Below are positions 19,140 to 28,996 of a stretch of DNA of 64,000 nucleotides, piece after piece; the stretch's first letter is position 1; each line of letters begins with the position of its first letter. The notes beneath the pieces were generated by a model that worked only from the letters and a program-made list of their open reading frames with translations, searched no databases and was not told the DNA's origin. The DNA lies in the NCBI GenBank assembly GCA_037917675.1, contig JAVCBW010000051.1, forward strand, positions 30,142 to 94,141, written 5' to 3'. The stretch comes from Thermoproteota archaeon. Its GTDB lineage: Archaea; Korarchaeota; Korarchaeia; B14-G2. Both the position numbers and the translations under genes were made by a program.

Positions 19140-19838
19140 TCACTTGAGCTGCCAGCCTACCTTTAAAACATTGAGCATCCTCCTGACTTCAGCTAAAAGC
19201 TCCTCTGGGGTCCTGATGAGCTTCACACCATACTTGCTAAGCCTCTCTCTAGCTCTCTCCGTATAGGCGAAGCCCACTATAGGCACTCCTGCTCCCATGG
19301 CTGCCATCACATCTACTGGCGAGTCCCCGACCATCAGCATCTCCTCTGGCTTCAAACCTTCTCTCTCAGCTAGCTCAAGCAGCGCCCTAGAGGAAGGCTT
19401 CATTTCACTGACGTCATCTCTAGTATAAACCCTGTCTATGAGCTCTAGGATCCCAGCTCTGGTCAGAGCCTTGACGCTATTCCCTCTCCCACTATTTGTG
19501 AGGACTATGACACGCAGCCCAAGCCTCCCTAGCTCAGCTAGCACCCTCTGGATCCCTGGTGTAGGCTCAGCTGAAGGCACAGCTTCCTCTTCGATCTCCT
19601 CAGCAGCCTTCAGCGCCCTACTGACAGCCTCTCTAGCTACCTTCTCACCATGTGCAGCAGCTAAGTAGCCTCTAGCTCTCTGTATCATCATCGATGCTGT
19701 AGGCTCTCTCTCCAGAACCTCAGGTGGGATCCCTGCTTTAACGAGCTCTCTGAGAACCCTGCTCCTTATCCTATCGTAATCTAGGCTCCTCTGGATCAAG
19801 ACACCATCCATGTCGAAGATCACAGCCTTGATCACCAT
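19140..19838 (-). CDS. HAD-superfamily hydrolase
   Basis: IFDMDGVL, LTNS, KP, MVGDSPVD. Confidence 0.9.
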   Translation of the reverse strand: MVIKAVIFDMDGVLIQRSLDYDRIRSRVLRELVKAGIPPEVLEREPTASMMIQRARGYLAAAHGEKVAREAVSRALKAAEEIEEEAVPSAEPTPGIQRVLAELGRLGLRVIVLTNSGRGNSVKALTRAGILELIDRVYTRDDVSEMKPSSRALLELAEREGLKPEEMLMVGDSPVDVMAAMGAGVPIVGFAYTERARERLSKYGVKLIRTPEELLAEVRRMLNVLKVGWQLK

Positions 19839-19892
19839 GCTACCAGAGCCATAGGTGAGCAAGGATAAAAGTCAGCTCCCTACTGGAGGCTC

Positions 19893-21125
19893 ATGTTCAT
19901 ACACTACCATAGCTCAAGGGAGAGAGTATCAGAGGCCCTAGAGATGCTAGAGGAGAGGAGAGCTGTAGCTGCAGCTCTAAGGAGGTTCTCTAGGCTCAAA
20001 AGCTCCCTGTCAAGGAGAATCGACCTAGATGCGCTAGCTGAGAAGCTTTCAGATGCTAGAAGAAGGACCCTAGCGCAGCTGCCAGAGCTTGTGAAGCAGG
20101 CTGCTGAAAGCCTCGAGGAGAACGGCTTCCAAGTCCATTATGCCAGAGACTCCAGCGAAGCGAGGAGGATCGCTGAGAAGCTAGTTGAGCCAGGCAGCCT
20201 AGTTGTCAAGTCGAAGTCTTCAGCCATAGAGGAGGCTGGCATATCTGAGCACCTCAGATCCCTGGGATCTGAAGTCTATGAGACAGACCTAGGTGAGTAT
20301 GCTGTCCAGCTTGCTAGATCACATAGAGCACACCCGATAGTCCCAGCCTTACACCTCAACAGAGAGGAGATAGCCAAGCTAGTCTCCAGAGACGTAGGCT
20401 ACACGGTCCCACCTGACCCAAGAGAGATCACTAGGGCAGTCAGAGAAAAGCTCAGAGATGTCTTCACCAAAGCTGACTACGGGCTTACTGGAGCTAACTT
20501 CATATCTGCAGAGGAGGGGGTGATAGCGCTAGTCTCGAATGAGGGGAACATAAGGAACTCGACGAGCCTCCCAAAGACGCACATAGCTGTAGCTGGGTTG
20601 AATAAAGTTGTCAGAGACCTGGATGAAGGCCTCCTAGCCTTAAGGGCTCTAGCCTCCTTCTCAATAGGCTCAAGGCTCCCATCTTACATATCTCTGATAG
20701 CTGGCCCAAGCAAGACAGCTGACATAGAGCTTGAGACAGTAGTCGGTGTACATGGCCCAAGTGAGGTACACGTAATCCTTCTCGACAACGGCAGAGCTAA
20801 GGCATGGGATCTAGGCCTAGAGGAGGCGCTGTGCTGCATAAACTGCGGAGGATGCCTCAACGAGTGCCCGACATACACCCTAGTTGGCAGGGCATATGGT
20901 CACGTGTATAAAGGTGGGATAGGAGTCGTCTACACTGCTCTGACAGAGGGCTTAGAGAAAGCTGTCGAGGCAGGCCTATACCTTTGCATGACTTGTGGAC
21001 GCTGCGTGCTCTCATGTCCCTGCAGGATAAACACACCTCTCCTCATAGAGAAGCTGAGGTACTTAGCTACGAGAAGAGGGCTTATGGCTGAACCCCACTA
21101 CAAGTGGCTTTCAACTTCTAGATAG
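19893..21125 (+). CDS. LUD-domain/LutB-like iron-sulfur protein
   Basis: VKSKS, ETDLGE, P.LH, TGANF, NEGN, GPSKTADIE, GP.EVHVILLDNGR, CINCGGCLNECP, CMTCGRC...CP. Confidence 0.88.
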   Translation: MFIHYHSSRERVSEALEMLEERRAVAAALRRFSRLKSSLSRRIDLDALAEKLSDARRRTLAQLPELVKQAAESLEENGFQVHYARDSSEARRIAEKLVEPGSLVVKSKSSAIEEAGISEHLRSLGSEVYETDLGEYAVQLARSHRAHPIVPALHLNREEIAKLVSRDVGYTVPPDPREITRAVREKLRDVFTKADYGLTGANFISAEEGVIALVSNEGNIRNSTSLPKTHIAVAGLNKVVRDLDEGLLALRALASFSIGSRLPSYISLIAGPSKTADIELETVVGVHGPSEVHVILLDNGRAKAWDLGLEEALCCINCGGCLNECPTYTLVGRAYGHVYKGGIGVVYTALTEGLEKAVEAGLYLCMTCGRCVLSCPCRINTPLLIEKLRYLATRRGLMAEPHYKWLSTSR

Positions 21126-21707
21126 CTCAAGGACAACAAGCTTCTCGAAGAACATCTTCTTCTCAGAGATGACCTTAGCCGAAAGCCCTGCCTCCTCAGC
21201 TCTCCTTACACTATCATCTATGCCATTCTTCTCAAGCTGCACCATGAGAGCTCTCCCACCTGGCTTAAGCCACCTACCAACTTCAGATATGAAGGGGTCT
21301 ATGAGTCTCCTCCCCCTCTCGCCTCCAGCCCAAGCTGCATCCTCTAGCCTACCACTCCACTCAACTGGCAGGTAAGGTGGGTTAAAGAGCACTAGATCGA
21401 AGCTTTCACCTCTCCTGAGAGGCTGGAACAGGTCTCCAAGCCTGAACTCAACCCTGTCTAGCACACCATGAGCTCTAGCGTTTTCCAGCAGACAAACCAT
21501 AGCATGTGGGTTTATGTCCACACCAATGACGTGCTTTGCCCCCCTCAATGCAGCTAGAACCGCTAGTATGCCACATCCAGTACCTAAGTCCAGGGCTCTG
21601 CTTCTCACCCTCTCTGGAATGCAGTCTGCTAGCAGGAAGGTGTCATCAGATGGCTTGTAGACAAGGCTACTAACGTAAAAGCATAGCCCCCTATAGCACA
21701 CTAGCAA
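21111..21707 (-). CDS. HemK2/MTQ2-family protein methyltransferase
   Basis: VYKPSDDTFLL, LDLGTGCG, DINP, FNPPYLP, AWAGG..GR. Confidence 0.9.
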   Translation of the reverse strand: MLVCYRGLCFYVSSLVYKPSDDTFLLADCIPERVRSRALDLGTGCGILAVLAALRGAKHVIGVDINPHAMVCLLENARAHGVLDRVEFRLGDLFQPLRRGESFDLVLFNPPYLPVEWSGRLEDAAWAGGERGRRLIDPFISEVGRWLKPGGRALMVQLEKNGIDDSVRRAEEAGLSAKVISEKKMFFEKLVVLELSRS

Positions 21708-22982
21708 CTACTCCACCAGAGGCCAAACACAGCCAGCTGACTTGAGCACAAGCACGCTTCTATCCTTAGCTCCACGTGTAGCTTCATCTACAGCCTCCTG
21801 AGGATCCCCGTATACTTCTGCACCAAACTCTCTCAGATCTCTTTCACTGAGGTTATCTGAGACAACAATGAGCCTCTTCTCCTGCTTGACAAAGATGTGA
21901 TAGAGCTTATAAGCCATGTAAGCTGCCATAGACTCGTACTTGCCGCTGCATGCTTGCAGCAGAACCTCATCTCTACTCCACTCCTCCTCCTCAGCCTCTC
22001 GCAGTAGGCTGCTCAGCTCAGGCCAAGCCACACCTAAGGGGCATGATGCAAACAGGACTATAGTTCCTCCTCTAACACAGTACCTGTCTGCAGTGCTTAT
22101 GGCCTTCAAAGACTGGCAGAAGTCGACATCTTCATGTGCTCCAGGTGACGCCAGCACAACATTAGCTCGTGGAGCTGAGACCCTATAAACTTCTGCTGAG
22201 AGCTTTGCTCCAGATCTATGAGCCTGAATAGGGTCTCCATAGAATGCCTTAGCTCCTCCAGTTTCCAAGTCGAGCACGAAGTCGAGGATGAAGCTTAGGT
22301 TAGCGAGCTTCCCTGCATCATCAATGTCCTCTCTCAGAGGGTTCCCCTCAAGTATACCATAGCCTGCACTAGGCGATAGGCATAGCCTGTGGTTCATGTC
22401 TATTGTCCTATAGCATGCTACACCTGGGACAGCTATCTTGCATCCTCCAGTGAACCCAGCTAGCTCAGATGGGAATATAGAGCCTATCCCGATCACGAGG
22501 TCAGCGTCCTGAAGCTCACTGCTAACCCAGACTGGTGTGCCTAGCCTGGTTAGCCCAGCATAGAAGTGCAGCTTATGGTTGTATGCATTGTGTATTATCA
22601 CAGGGTAGCTGTCCATAACTTCTCTACTGACCTTCATCTCAAGCAGCTCTTGAGTAGGAGTCTCATGAGTCCCTCGAGCATATACTACAGTAACCTCCCG
22701 GAACCTTTCAAGCCTCTCAAGGATCTTAGGGAGCACCTCTCTGGTTGGGGTAGGCCTCGTATGGTCGTCTATGAGCACCACAGCCTTACTTCCCTGTGGA
22801 AGCCTCCTTTCCAAGGCTATAGCGAAGTCAGGAGAGCTTAAAGCCTTCTCTGCTTCAGCTTCAGGTGAGGCTCCATGCAATGAGCTCGGCTCAGCTATCC
22901 TTAGCAGAAGCTCCTTACGCAGGCAGACCTCTATTCTCTTTCTCGAGAGGTCGTATGGAAGCTTTATCCTCACCTCCTCCAA
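21708..22982 (-). CDS. larA: Nickel-pincer-dependent lactate racemase (LarA) family protein
   Basis: DDHTRPTP, GTHE, IHNA, G.T..GTP, AGFTGGCK..PG, NH, NPLREDI, Q..KA. Confidence 0.82.
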   Translation of the reverse strand: MEEVRIKLPYDLSRKRIEVCLRKELLLRIAEPSSLHGASPEAEAEKALSSPDFAIALERRLPQGSKAVVLIDDHTRPTPTREVLPKILERLERFREVTVVYARGTHETPTQELLEMKVSREVMDSYPVIIHNAYNHKLHFYAGLTRLGTPVWVSSELQDADLVIGIGSIFPSELAGFTGGCKIAVPGVACYRTIDMNHRLCLSPSAGYGILEGNPLREDIDDAGKLANLSFILDFVLDLETGGAKAFYGDPIQAHRSGAKLSAEVYRVSAPRANVVLASPGAHEDVDFCQSLKAISTADRYCVRGGTIVLFASCPLGVAWPELSSLLREAEEEEWSRDEVLLQACSGKYESMAAYMAYKLYHIFVKQEKRLIVVSDNLSERDLREFGAEVYGDPQEAVDEATRGAKDRSVLVLKSAGCVWPLVE

Positions 22983-23631
22983 TGCAACCACCTCTGACTG
23001 CCTCAAGCACTCTAGAGAAGACCTCATCTATGCTACCTACTCCATCTATCTTCTTGAGCACCCCTCTCCTCATGTAATATCCGAGTACCGGCTCCGTCTC
23101 CTCTTTATAAACTCTGATCCTCTCTCTCACAACCTCTTCCCTATCGTCCTCACGCTGATAGAGCTCCCCTCCACACTTGTCACATACCCCCTCCTCTTTA
23201 GGCGGCCTATACTTCAGGTGGTATACGCTCTCACATCTCTTACACACTCTCCTCAAGCTTATCCTCTCAACTATGATGTCCTCAGGCACAGCTATCTCAA
23301 GGACGCAGTCAAGCTTCATTCCCTGCTCCTCTAGCATCCTGTCTAGAGCCTCAGCCTGAGGTATAGTCCTCGGGAAGCCATCGAGTATGAATCCTCTGCT
23401 ACAGTCTGGCTTTCTGAGCCTCTCTCTCACAGCTGCTATCATGATATCATCTGGGACAAGCTGCCCCTGCTCCATATACCACCTAGCTTTCTCACCCAGC
23501 TCTGTCCCCTCTCTCACAGCTTCTCGAAGCATATCTCCTGTGGCTATGTGAGGTACCTTAAGCTCAGCAGAAAGCCTTCTAGCTTGAGTTCCCTTACCAG
23601 CTCCTGGAGGCCCCATCATCACTATTCTCAT
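22915..23631 (-). CDS. adk: Adenylate kinase (bacterial-type, Zn-lid)
   Basis: GPPGAGKGTQA, TGDMLR, GFILDGFPRT, CxxC..CxxC lid, QREDD. Confidence 0.96.
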   Translation of the reverse strand: MRIVMMGPPGAGKGTQARRLSAELKVPHIATGDMLREAVREGTELGEKARWYMEQGQLVPDDIMIAAVRERLRKPDCSRGFILDGFPRTIPQAEALDRMLEEQGMKLDCVLEIAVPEDIIVERISLRRVCKRCESVYHLKYRPPKEEGVCDKCGGELYQREDDREEVVRERIRVYKEETEPVLGYYMRRGVLKKIDGVGSIDEVFSRVLEAVRGGCIGGGEDKASIRPLEKENRGLPA

Positions 23632-24209
23632 CTAGGCACCTCAGTGACCCACTTTATGAAGGGCTCTCTCCTCGGAGGCGGCCTAGGTATCTTCTCAGGG
23701 TAGCCCATGGTGACCAAGGCCACTAGGACCTTGTCCTCTACCCCAAGGAACCTGCTGATATCATCTTCTATCCAGAGTGGCCCAGTCATCCAGCATGTCC
23801 CGAGGCCCTCAGCGTAAGCTAGCAGCAGTAGGTTCTGAATCGCAGCTGCACAGCTCTCTATAGCCCCAATCTGATAGACCTCCTCCCTTATCCTGTCAGT
23901 GTATACAGCTATGATGACTGGAGCATTACCGAATGTGAAGAAGTACCACTTAATGAACTCTATGTGCCTCTCAGGAAACCCAAGCTCTCTGAGCCTAGGC
24001 AGGATAGAGTAGAACGCCTTGCTGCAGACCTCAACAAGCTTGTCTCTAGCCTCCCCCTCAACCACATAGAAGTACCATGGCTGTGTGTTCATGGCTGAAG
24101 GAGCCCAGGTGCACTCCTTGATCAGCTTCTCGACTAGCTCCCTTGAGACAGGCTTCTTCAAAAACCTCCTGATGCTCCTCCTACCCCTAACAGCCTCCAG
24201 CAACTCCAT
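23628..24209 (-). CDS. Nitroreductase family protein
   Basis: RRSIRRF, APSAMNTQPW, QNLLLLA..EGLGTCW, GYP. Confidence 0.92.
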   Translation of the reverse strand: MELLEAVRGRRSIRRFLKKPVSRELVEKLIKECTWAPSAMNTQPWYFYVVEGEARDKLVEVCSKAFYSILPRLRELGFPERHIEFIKWYFFTFGNAPVIIAVYTDRIREEVYQIGAIESCAAAIQNLLLLAYAEGLGTCWMTGPLWIEDDISRFLGVEDKVLVALVTMGYPEKIPRPPPRREPFIKWVTEVPR

Positions 24210-24293
24210 AGAAGACCCCAAGGCCAGCAGCTTATTTCCCTTATGTAAAGCTCAGCAGCTAGCCAATATATACTGGGAGGCCGTGTACTAGCT

Positions 24294-25262
24294 ATGCTTG
24301 CATCTGAGGCTGGTGAGAGGAAGCTCATAGAGGCAGCTGTAGAAGCTATAGGCAGGATATCAGCTCCACTACAGATAGGAGATGACGTGGCTGTAGTGGA
24401 TGCATGTGGAGTAAAGCTTGTACTGAAGACAGACATGCTAGTAGCCTCAACAGATGTACCTCCACAGATGTCTCCATGGCAGGTAGGCTGGAAGGCTGTC
24501 GTCATGAACGTAAGTGACATGGCAGCTAAAGGAGCTAAGCCTGCAGCTGGGGTCTTGGCCATAGGGGTTCCAGGAGACTATAGGCTAGAGGACTTCAAGC
24601 TTCTAGTTAAGGGTGCAAGCGACGCAGCTAGAGACTATGGGTTCGAGATAGTTGGTGGAGACACAAACGCATGCAGAGAGCTTGTTGTATCAGTAGCTTT
24701 AGCTGGGATCGCTGAGAGGATAGTTCCCAGGAGCGGAGCTAAGCCAGGCGACATCCTGGCAACCACAGGATGCTTCGGCTTGACTTCAGCTGGATTAAAG
24801 CACCTCTTAGAAGGGATGCCAGCTAGGCCAGGTGTCAGAGAAGCTCTAGTGAGAGCTGTCCTCAAGCCTAGAGCGAGGCTTAAGGAGGGGCTTGCTCTAG
24901 CAGCCTATGCGTCAGCTAGCATAGACAGCAGTGACGGGCTAGCGTGGTCGCTACATGAGCTAGCTAAGGCAAGCAGAGTAGGCTTCAGATTAGAGCACAT
25001 ACCAATTGCACCTGAGGCAGCTAGGTTCGCTGAGGACAACAAGCTCAGCTCAGTTGACCTAGCTCTCTATGGTGGAGAGGAGTATGAGCTGATCGCCACG
25101 ATCCCACCAGGAAGGTGGAGTGATGCAGCTAAGGCTGTAGAGGAGGCTGGAGGCAGCCTCATCAGGATAGGAGTCGCAACCAGTGAGAGACGCATCGTAG
25201 CTGTGGTGGGTGGTAGAGAGCTTGAAGTGGAGCCTCGCGGATATGAGCACTTCGTGACTTAG
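24294..25262 (+). CDS. thiL: Thiamine-monophosphate kinase
   Basis: IGDDVA, KTDML, NVSDMAAKGA.P, VGGDTN, RSGAKPGD, IDSSDGL, GGEEYEL. Confidence 0.94.
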   Translation: MLASEAGERKLIEAAVEAIGRISAPLQIGDDVAVVDACGVKLVLKTDMLVASTDVPPQMSPWQVGWKAVVMNVSDMAAKGAKPAAGVLAIGVPGDYRLEDFKLLVKGASDAARDYGFEIVGGDTNACRELVVSVALAGIAERIVPRSGAKPGDILATTGCFGLTSAGLKHLLEGMPARPGVREALVRAVLKPRARLKEGLALAAYASASIDSSDGLAWSLHELAKASRVGFRLEHIPIAPEAARFAEDNKLSSVDLALYGGEEYELIATIPPGRWSDAAKAVEEAGGSLIRIGVATSERRIVAVVGGRELEVEPRGYEHFVT

Positions 25263-25331
25263 TCAAATAACGAACTCTAGCTCTGTAATAGTAATCTTTT
25301 TAATAAGCAGCACACCTATCGCCTACCAGCG

Positions 25332-27206
25332 GTGACCTGCTTGGCTGGCGGCTACATGGGGAAGTTTGCTCGAGTAGACCTGACAAATCAGAAGGTTAAG
25401 GTTGAAAACCTCTATGACTACCTCCCTGAGCAGGTTCTCAGGAGCTGGATAGGTGGTAGAGGCCTCGGAGTCTATCTGATGCTGAAGGAAGTAGATCCCA
25501 AAGTAGACCCTCTAAGCCCAGAGAACAAGGCTTTTGTCATGACAGGTCCTGTGACCGGGATTTCAGCTGGCCTAGAGGCTGGAAGGTGGTGTAGCGTAAC
25601 GAAGTCCCCTGAGACAAACACTGTACACGACTCCCAGAGTGGAGGGAAGTTCGGCCCATATCTGAAGTTTGCTGGCTTCGACTTCGTCGTGCTAGAGGGA
25701 GCCTCAGAGACTCCAGTCTACCTCTACCTGGAAGGAGGGAAAGCTGAGCTAAGAGACGCAAAGCACCTCTGGGGTAGAGATACACACTCAACAACCAGGA
25801 TGCTCCAGAAGGAGCATGGCGAGGACATCTCAGTAGCATGCATAGGGCCAGCTGGAGAGAATCTCAGCAGGATAGCTTGCATAATAAACGAGGAAGGCAG
25901 GGCAGCAGGCAGAGGAGGACATGGTGCAGTGTGGGGTTCAAAGAAGTTCAAGGCCATAGTGGCAAAGCCAGGGCTAGAGCCTAAGCCAGCTGACGAGGAG
26001 AGGCTAAAGGAGATAGTGAGAGGTGCTCTAGAGAAGAAGAAGGCGAGCGGCGTCACAAACGAAGCTCTCCCGAAGTACGGGACAGCTGTCCTAGTCAACA
26101 TAATTAACGAGGCTGGCATATTCCCAACACATAACTTCCAGAAAGGCCAGTTTGAGCATGCTACAAACATAAGTGGAGAGACAATAGCTGAGAAGATACT
26201 TGTAAGAAGGCAGCCATGCTGGGGCTGTGCTATAGCATGTGGCAGGTGGACTAGGATAACTGAGCCACCATACCAGGGTGAGGGAGATGGCCCAGAATAC
26301 GAGACGGTATGGGCTCTTGGAGCAAACACTGGTGTGGGAGATCTGGCTGCAGTCACCAAGGCAAACTTCCTCTGCAACGAGCTTGGCCTAGACACTATAA
26401 GCACAGGCAACGTCATAGCTGTAGCAATGGAGCTCTATGAGAAGGGCTACATCCCCAAGGAGAAGCTAGAAGGGATAGAGCTCAAGTTCGGGAACCCAGG
26501 TGCGTTAGTTGAGATGGTATGGAGGATAGCTTACAGGTCAGGTATAGGTGATGAGCTAGCTGAAGGAGGCTACAGGCTCGCAAAGAAGTATGGGCATCCA
26601 GAGATAGCTCCACAGGTGAGAGGCCAGTGCTTACCTGCATACGACCCAAGAGGAGTGCAAGGCCACGCTCTAGCATATGCCACAAGCAACAGAGGAGGCT
26701 GCCACCTGAGAGCATACCTGATATCTCCTGAGATCCTAGGTGTCCCAGAGAAGCTAGATCCACTGAAGACAGAAGGCAAGCCGAGGTGGGTGAAGGAGTT
26801 CCAGGATGGCTTCGCAGCCCTAGACAGCATGGTAGTATGCAAGTTCGTGACCTTCGCATATTGGGTAGATGACCTAGCAAAGCAGCTCTCAGCTGTAACA
26901 GGCTGGGACATAACTCCAGAGGAATTCATGACCATAGGAGAGAGGATATGGAACGCTGAGAGAGTATTCAACATACTCAGCTTCGGAGACGGAAAGGAAT
27001 ACGACACGCTGCCAGAGAGGTTCACGAAGACAGCAATGCCAGCAGGCCCAGTAGCAGGCCATACAGCTAAGCTAGACGAGATGCTCCCAGAGTACTATAA
27101 GCTCAGAGGCTGGGTAGATGGCAGGCCAACCAAAGAGACTCTAGAGAGGCTAGGTCTAAAGGAGCTAGCAGACAGGCTAGAAAAGCAGGGTCTCCTCCCA
27201 GCCTAA
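25332..27206 (+). CDS. aor: Tungsten-containing aldehyde:ferredoxin oxidoreductase
   Basis: GGRGLG, KSP.T, IGPAGEN, AAGRGG.GAVWGSK, C.GC.I.C, PEYET, LGLDTIS, YDPRG, RGGCH. Confidence 0.95.
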   Translation: MTCLAGGYMGKFARVDLTNQKVKVENLYDYLPEQVLRSWIGGRGLGVYLMLKEVDPKVDPLSPENKAFVMTGPVTGISAGLEAGRWCSVTKSPETNTVHDSQSGGKFGPYLKFAGFDFVVLEGASETPVYLYLEGGKAELRDAKHLWGRDTHSTTRMLQKEHGEDISVACIGPAGENLSRIACIINEEGRAAGRGGHGAVWGSKKFKAIVAKPGLEPKPADEERLKEIVRGALEKKKASGVTNEALPKYGTAVLVNIINEAGIFPTHNFQKGQFEHATNISGETIAEKILVRRQPCWGCAIACGRWTRITEPPYQGEGDGPEYETVWALGANTGVGDLAAVTKANFLCNELGLDTISTGNVIAVAMELYEKGYIPKEKLEGIELKFGNPGALVEMVWRIAYRSGIGDELAEGGYRLAKKYGHPEIAPQVRGQCLPAYDPRGVQGHALAYATSNRGGCHLRAYLISPEILGVPEKLDPLKTEGKPRWVKEFQDGFAALDSMVVCKFVTFAYWVDDLAKQLSAVTGWDITPEEFMTIGERIWNAERVFNILSFGDGKEYDTLPERFTKTAMPAGPVAGHTAKLDEMLPEYYKLRGWVDGRPTKETLERLGLKELADRLEKQGLLPA

Positions 27207-27226
27207 ACCACTCCCTAACCTTTTTT
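27207..27226 (+). terminator. Oligo-T terminator after aor
   Basis: CTAACC-T6 just after the stop; same pattern as 5030-5055. Confidence 0.5.
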
Positions 27227-27249
27227 ACCCGGCCAGCTCCTAGCTCTCC

Positions 27250-28380
27250 ATGAGGATAAGGCTGCTAGGAGGATGGTACCAGCCTGACTTAAGGCCTCCA
27301 GCTGAAGCCCACCTAGAGCTTACATCGAGATGTAACCTCAGCTGCAGGTTCTGCTACAGGAGGTCTTGGAGCGAGAACCCTGGCGAAATGGAGCTACAGA
27401 ACCTGAAAAGGATCCTGAGAGATCTCCGTGAAGCTGGTGTAAAGACCCTGTGGCTAAGCGGCTACGGTGAGCCAACATACTACACTTACTTCCAAGATGC
27501 TATAGATCAGGCCTCTAACTGGTTTAAGCTAGGCTTGGTGACAAATGGCACTCTGCTAGAGGATTATTCGAGGCTCATAGCTGAGAAGGTGAGGTGGATT
27601 GTAGTTAGCATAGAGAGCTTTACAAGCCTATACCGGAAGCTGAGAGAGGGTTCAGACATAGCTAAGGTCAGAGAGGGGATGAAGAGCGTCATGGAGGCTG
27701 CTCCCACAGCTAGGAGGCCGCCAGCTATATGGGTCTCAATGACGCTCATGAAGCAAAACCTAAGCGAGCTCCCAGATGCCATAGAGGAAGCATCTAAGAG
27801 CGGAGCCATAGGGGTGATACTCTCAAACCTCATACCTACAAGCGAAGCATTGACATCAGAGGTCCTCTATGGCCTTAGTCCAGACAGTAGTATACACGAG
27901 GCCCTACATGAAGCTAGGAGGAAGGCTGTAATCCACAACCTGAGGATAGTTGAGCCTGAGTTCAAGTATAGGACTGGAACAGGTAGATACTGTCCTTTCA
28001 TAGAGAATAACGCGCTAGTGGTGAATTGGGATGCCTCAGTCTCACCCTGCCTAATGCTCTCTCACACGTATAGCATGTGGCTAGATGGCCGCCGCAAGAT
28101 TGTCAAGAAGGTGGCCTTCGGCTCTATAGCTGAGAGGAACCTGAAGGAGATATGGAGCTCCGAAAGCTATGTGAAGTTCAGGACTCTAGTCAAGTTGGGG
28201 CAGTTCCCTTCATGTAACGACTGTCAATATGAGGAGTATTGCGCCTTTTTCGAGACAACAGAACATGACTGCTGGGGTAACTCACCGAGCTGCGCCTCCT
28301 GCCTATACTATAGGAGAGTAGTCCAGTGCCCGATGAGAGCTCTAGTGGAGCATGTCAGGCTCATCAGAGAAGGCCTCTAG
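27250..28380 (+). CDS. Radical SAM/SPASM protein, tungsten-oxidoreductase maturase type
   Basis: CNLSCRFC, G.GEP, TNG, CPF, FPSC.DC....C......DCWGNSPSCASC; sits between aor and moaD. Confidence 0.85.
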   Translation: MRIRLLGGWYQPDLRPPAEAHLELTSRCNLSCRFCYRRSWSENPGEMELQNLKRILRDLREAGVKTLWLSGYGEPTYYTYFQDAIDQASNWFKLGLVTNGTLLEDYSRLIAEKVRWIVVSIESFTSLYRKLREGSDIAKVREGMKSVMEAAPTARRPPAIWVSMTLMKQNLSELPDAIEEASKSGAIGVILSNLIPTSEALTSEVLYGLSPDSSIHEALHEARRKAVIHNLRIVEPEFKYRTGTGRYCPFIENNALVVNWDASVSPCLMLSHTYSMWLDGRRKIVKKVAFGSIAERNLKEIWSSESYVKFRTLVKLGQFPSCNDCQYEEYCAFFETTEHDCWGNSPSCASCLYYRRVVQCPMRALVEHVRLIREGL

Positions 28381-28421
28381 AAGGCAACACTTTTATATCT
28401 TCCATGCAGCTTAAGATGGCT

Positions 28422-28697
28422 ATGAGGATCAGAGTCAAGCTCTTTGCTACACTGAGAGAGTCCACTGGAACCAGCCAGCTTGAGCTTGAGCTCACAGGAT
28501 CTAAGGTAGCTGACGCTATCAGCACGCTAATCAGCATGTATCCTCAGCTCTCAGAGATGCTTGACAGCAGTGGAAAGCTGAAGAAGTTCTATAAAGTCTT
28601 CCTGAACGGTAGGGATATAGATCACATTAAAGGTCTTGACACGCCCCTAAATGATGGTGACATCCTAGCTATATTCCCTCCTGTAGCTGGAGGCTAG
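28422..28697 (+). CDS. moaD: MoaD/ThiS/SAMP ubiquitin-like sulfur carrier
   Basis: VKLFATLRE...LNGRDI...L.DGD.LAIFPPVAGG terminus; TATA at 28391-28398. Confidence 0.9.
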   Translation: MRIRVKLFATLRESTGTSQLELELTGSKVADAISTLISMYPQLSEMLDSSGKLKKFYKVFLNGRDIDHIKGLDTPLNDGDILAIFPPVAGG

Positions 28698-28996
28698 CTG
28701 CCCTCAGAGCTCCTCTCAGCACCCTTGGCTTTCCTCCTCTTAATCCACTCCTTAGCAAAGTCAGATAGCTCGTCTAGGAACTCCTTGTCCTCCCTCAGGG
28801 AGCAGAACTCCTCCATGGTGACGTCACTCGGCTTCTTGATCTTAACCTCGATGTAAGGTGACATCGCTTGGTCTATGCAGCCCTTGACCTCCTCAAACAT
28901 CTTTAGCACTGCAGTCTGCTTCTCAGGCCAGAGGCTCTCTCTTATCTTCCTAACCACACCCTTCTCCTTCCTATCCTGCTCCTTCTGGCCACTCAT
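28694..28996 (-). CDS. Hypothetical protein
   Basis: ATG 28996 overlaps the permease stop (ATGA); charged 100-aa ORF. Confidence 0.55.
   Translation of the reverse strand: MSGQKEQDRKEKGVVRKIRESLWPEKQTAVLKMFEEVKGCIDQAMSPYIEVKIKKPSDVTMEEFCSLREDKEFLDELSDFAKEWIKRRKAKGAERSSEGS

Noticed and set aside
27250-28697. aor-radical SAM-moaD as a novel system
   Set aside because: Matches the known tungsten-oxidoreductase maturation arrangement.
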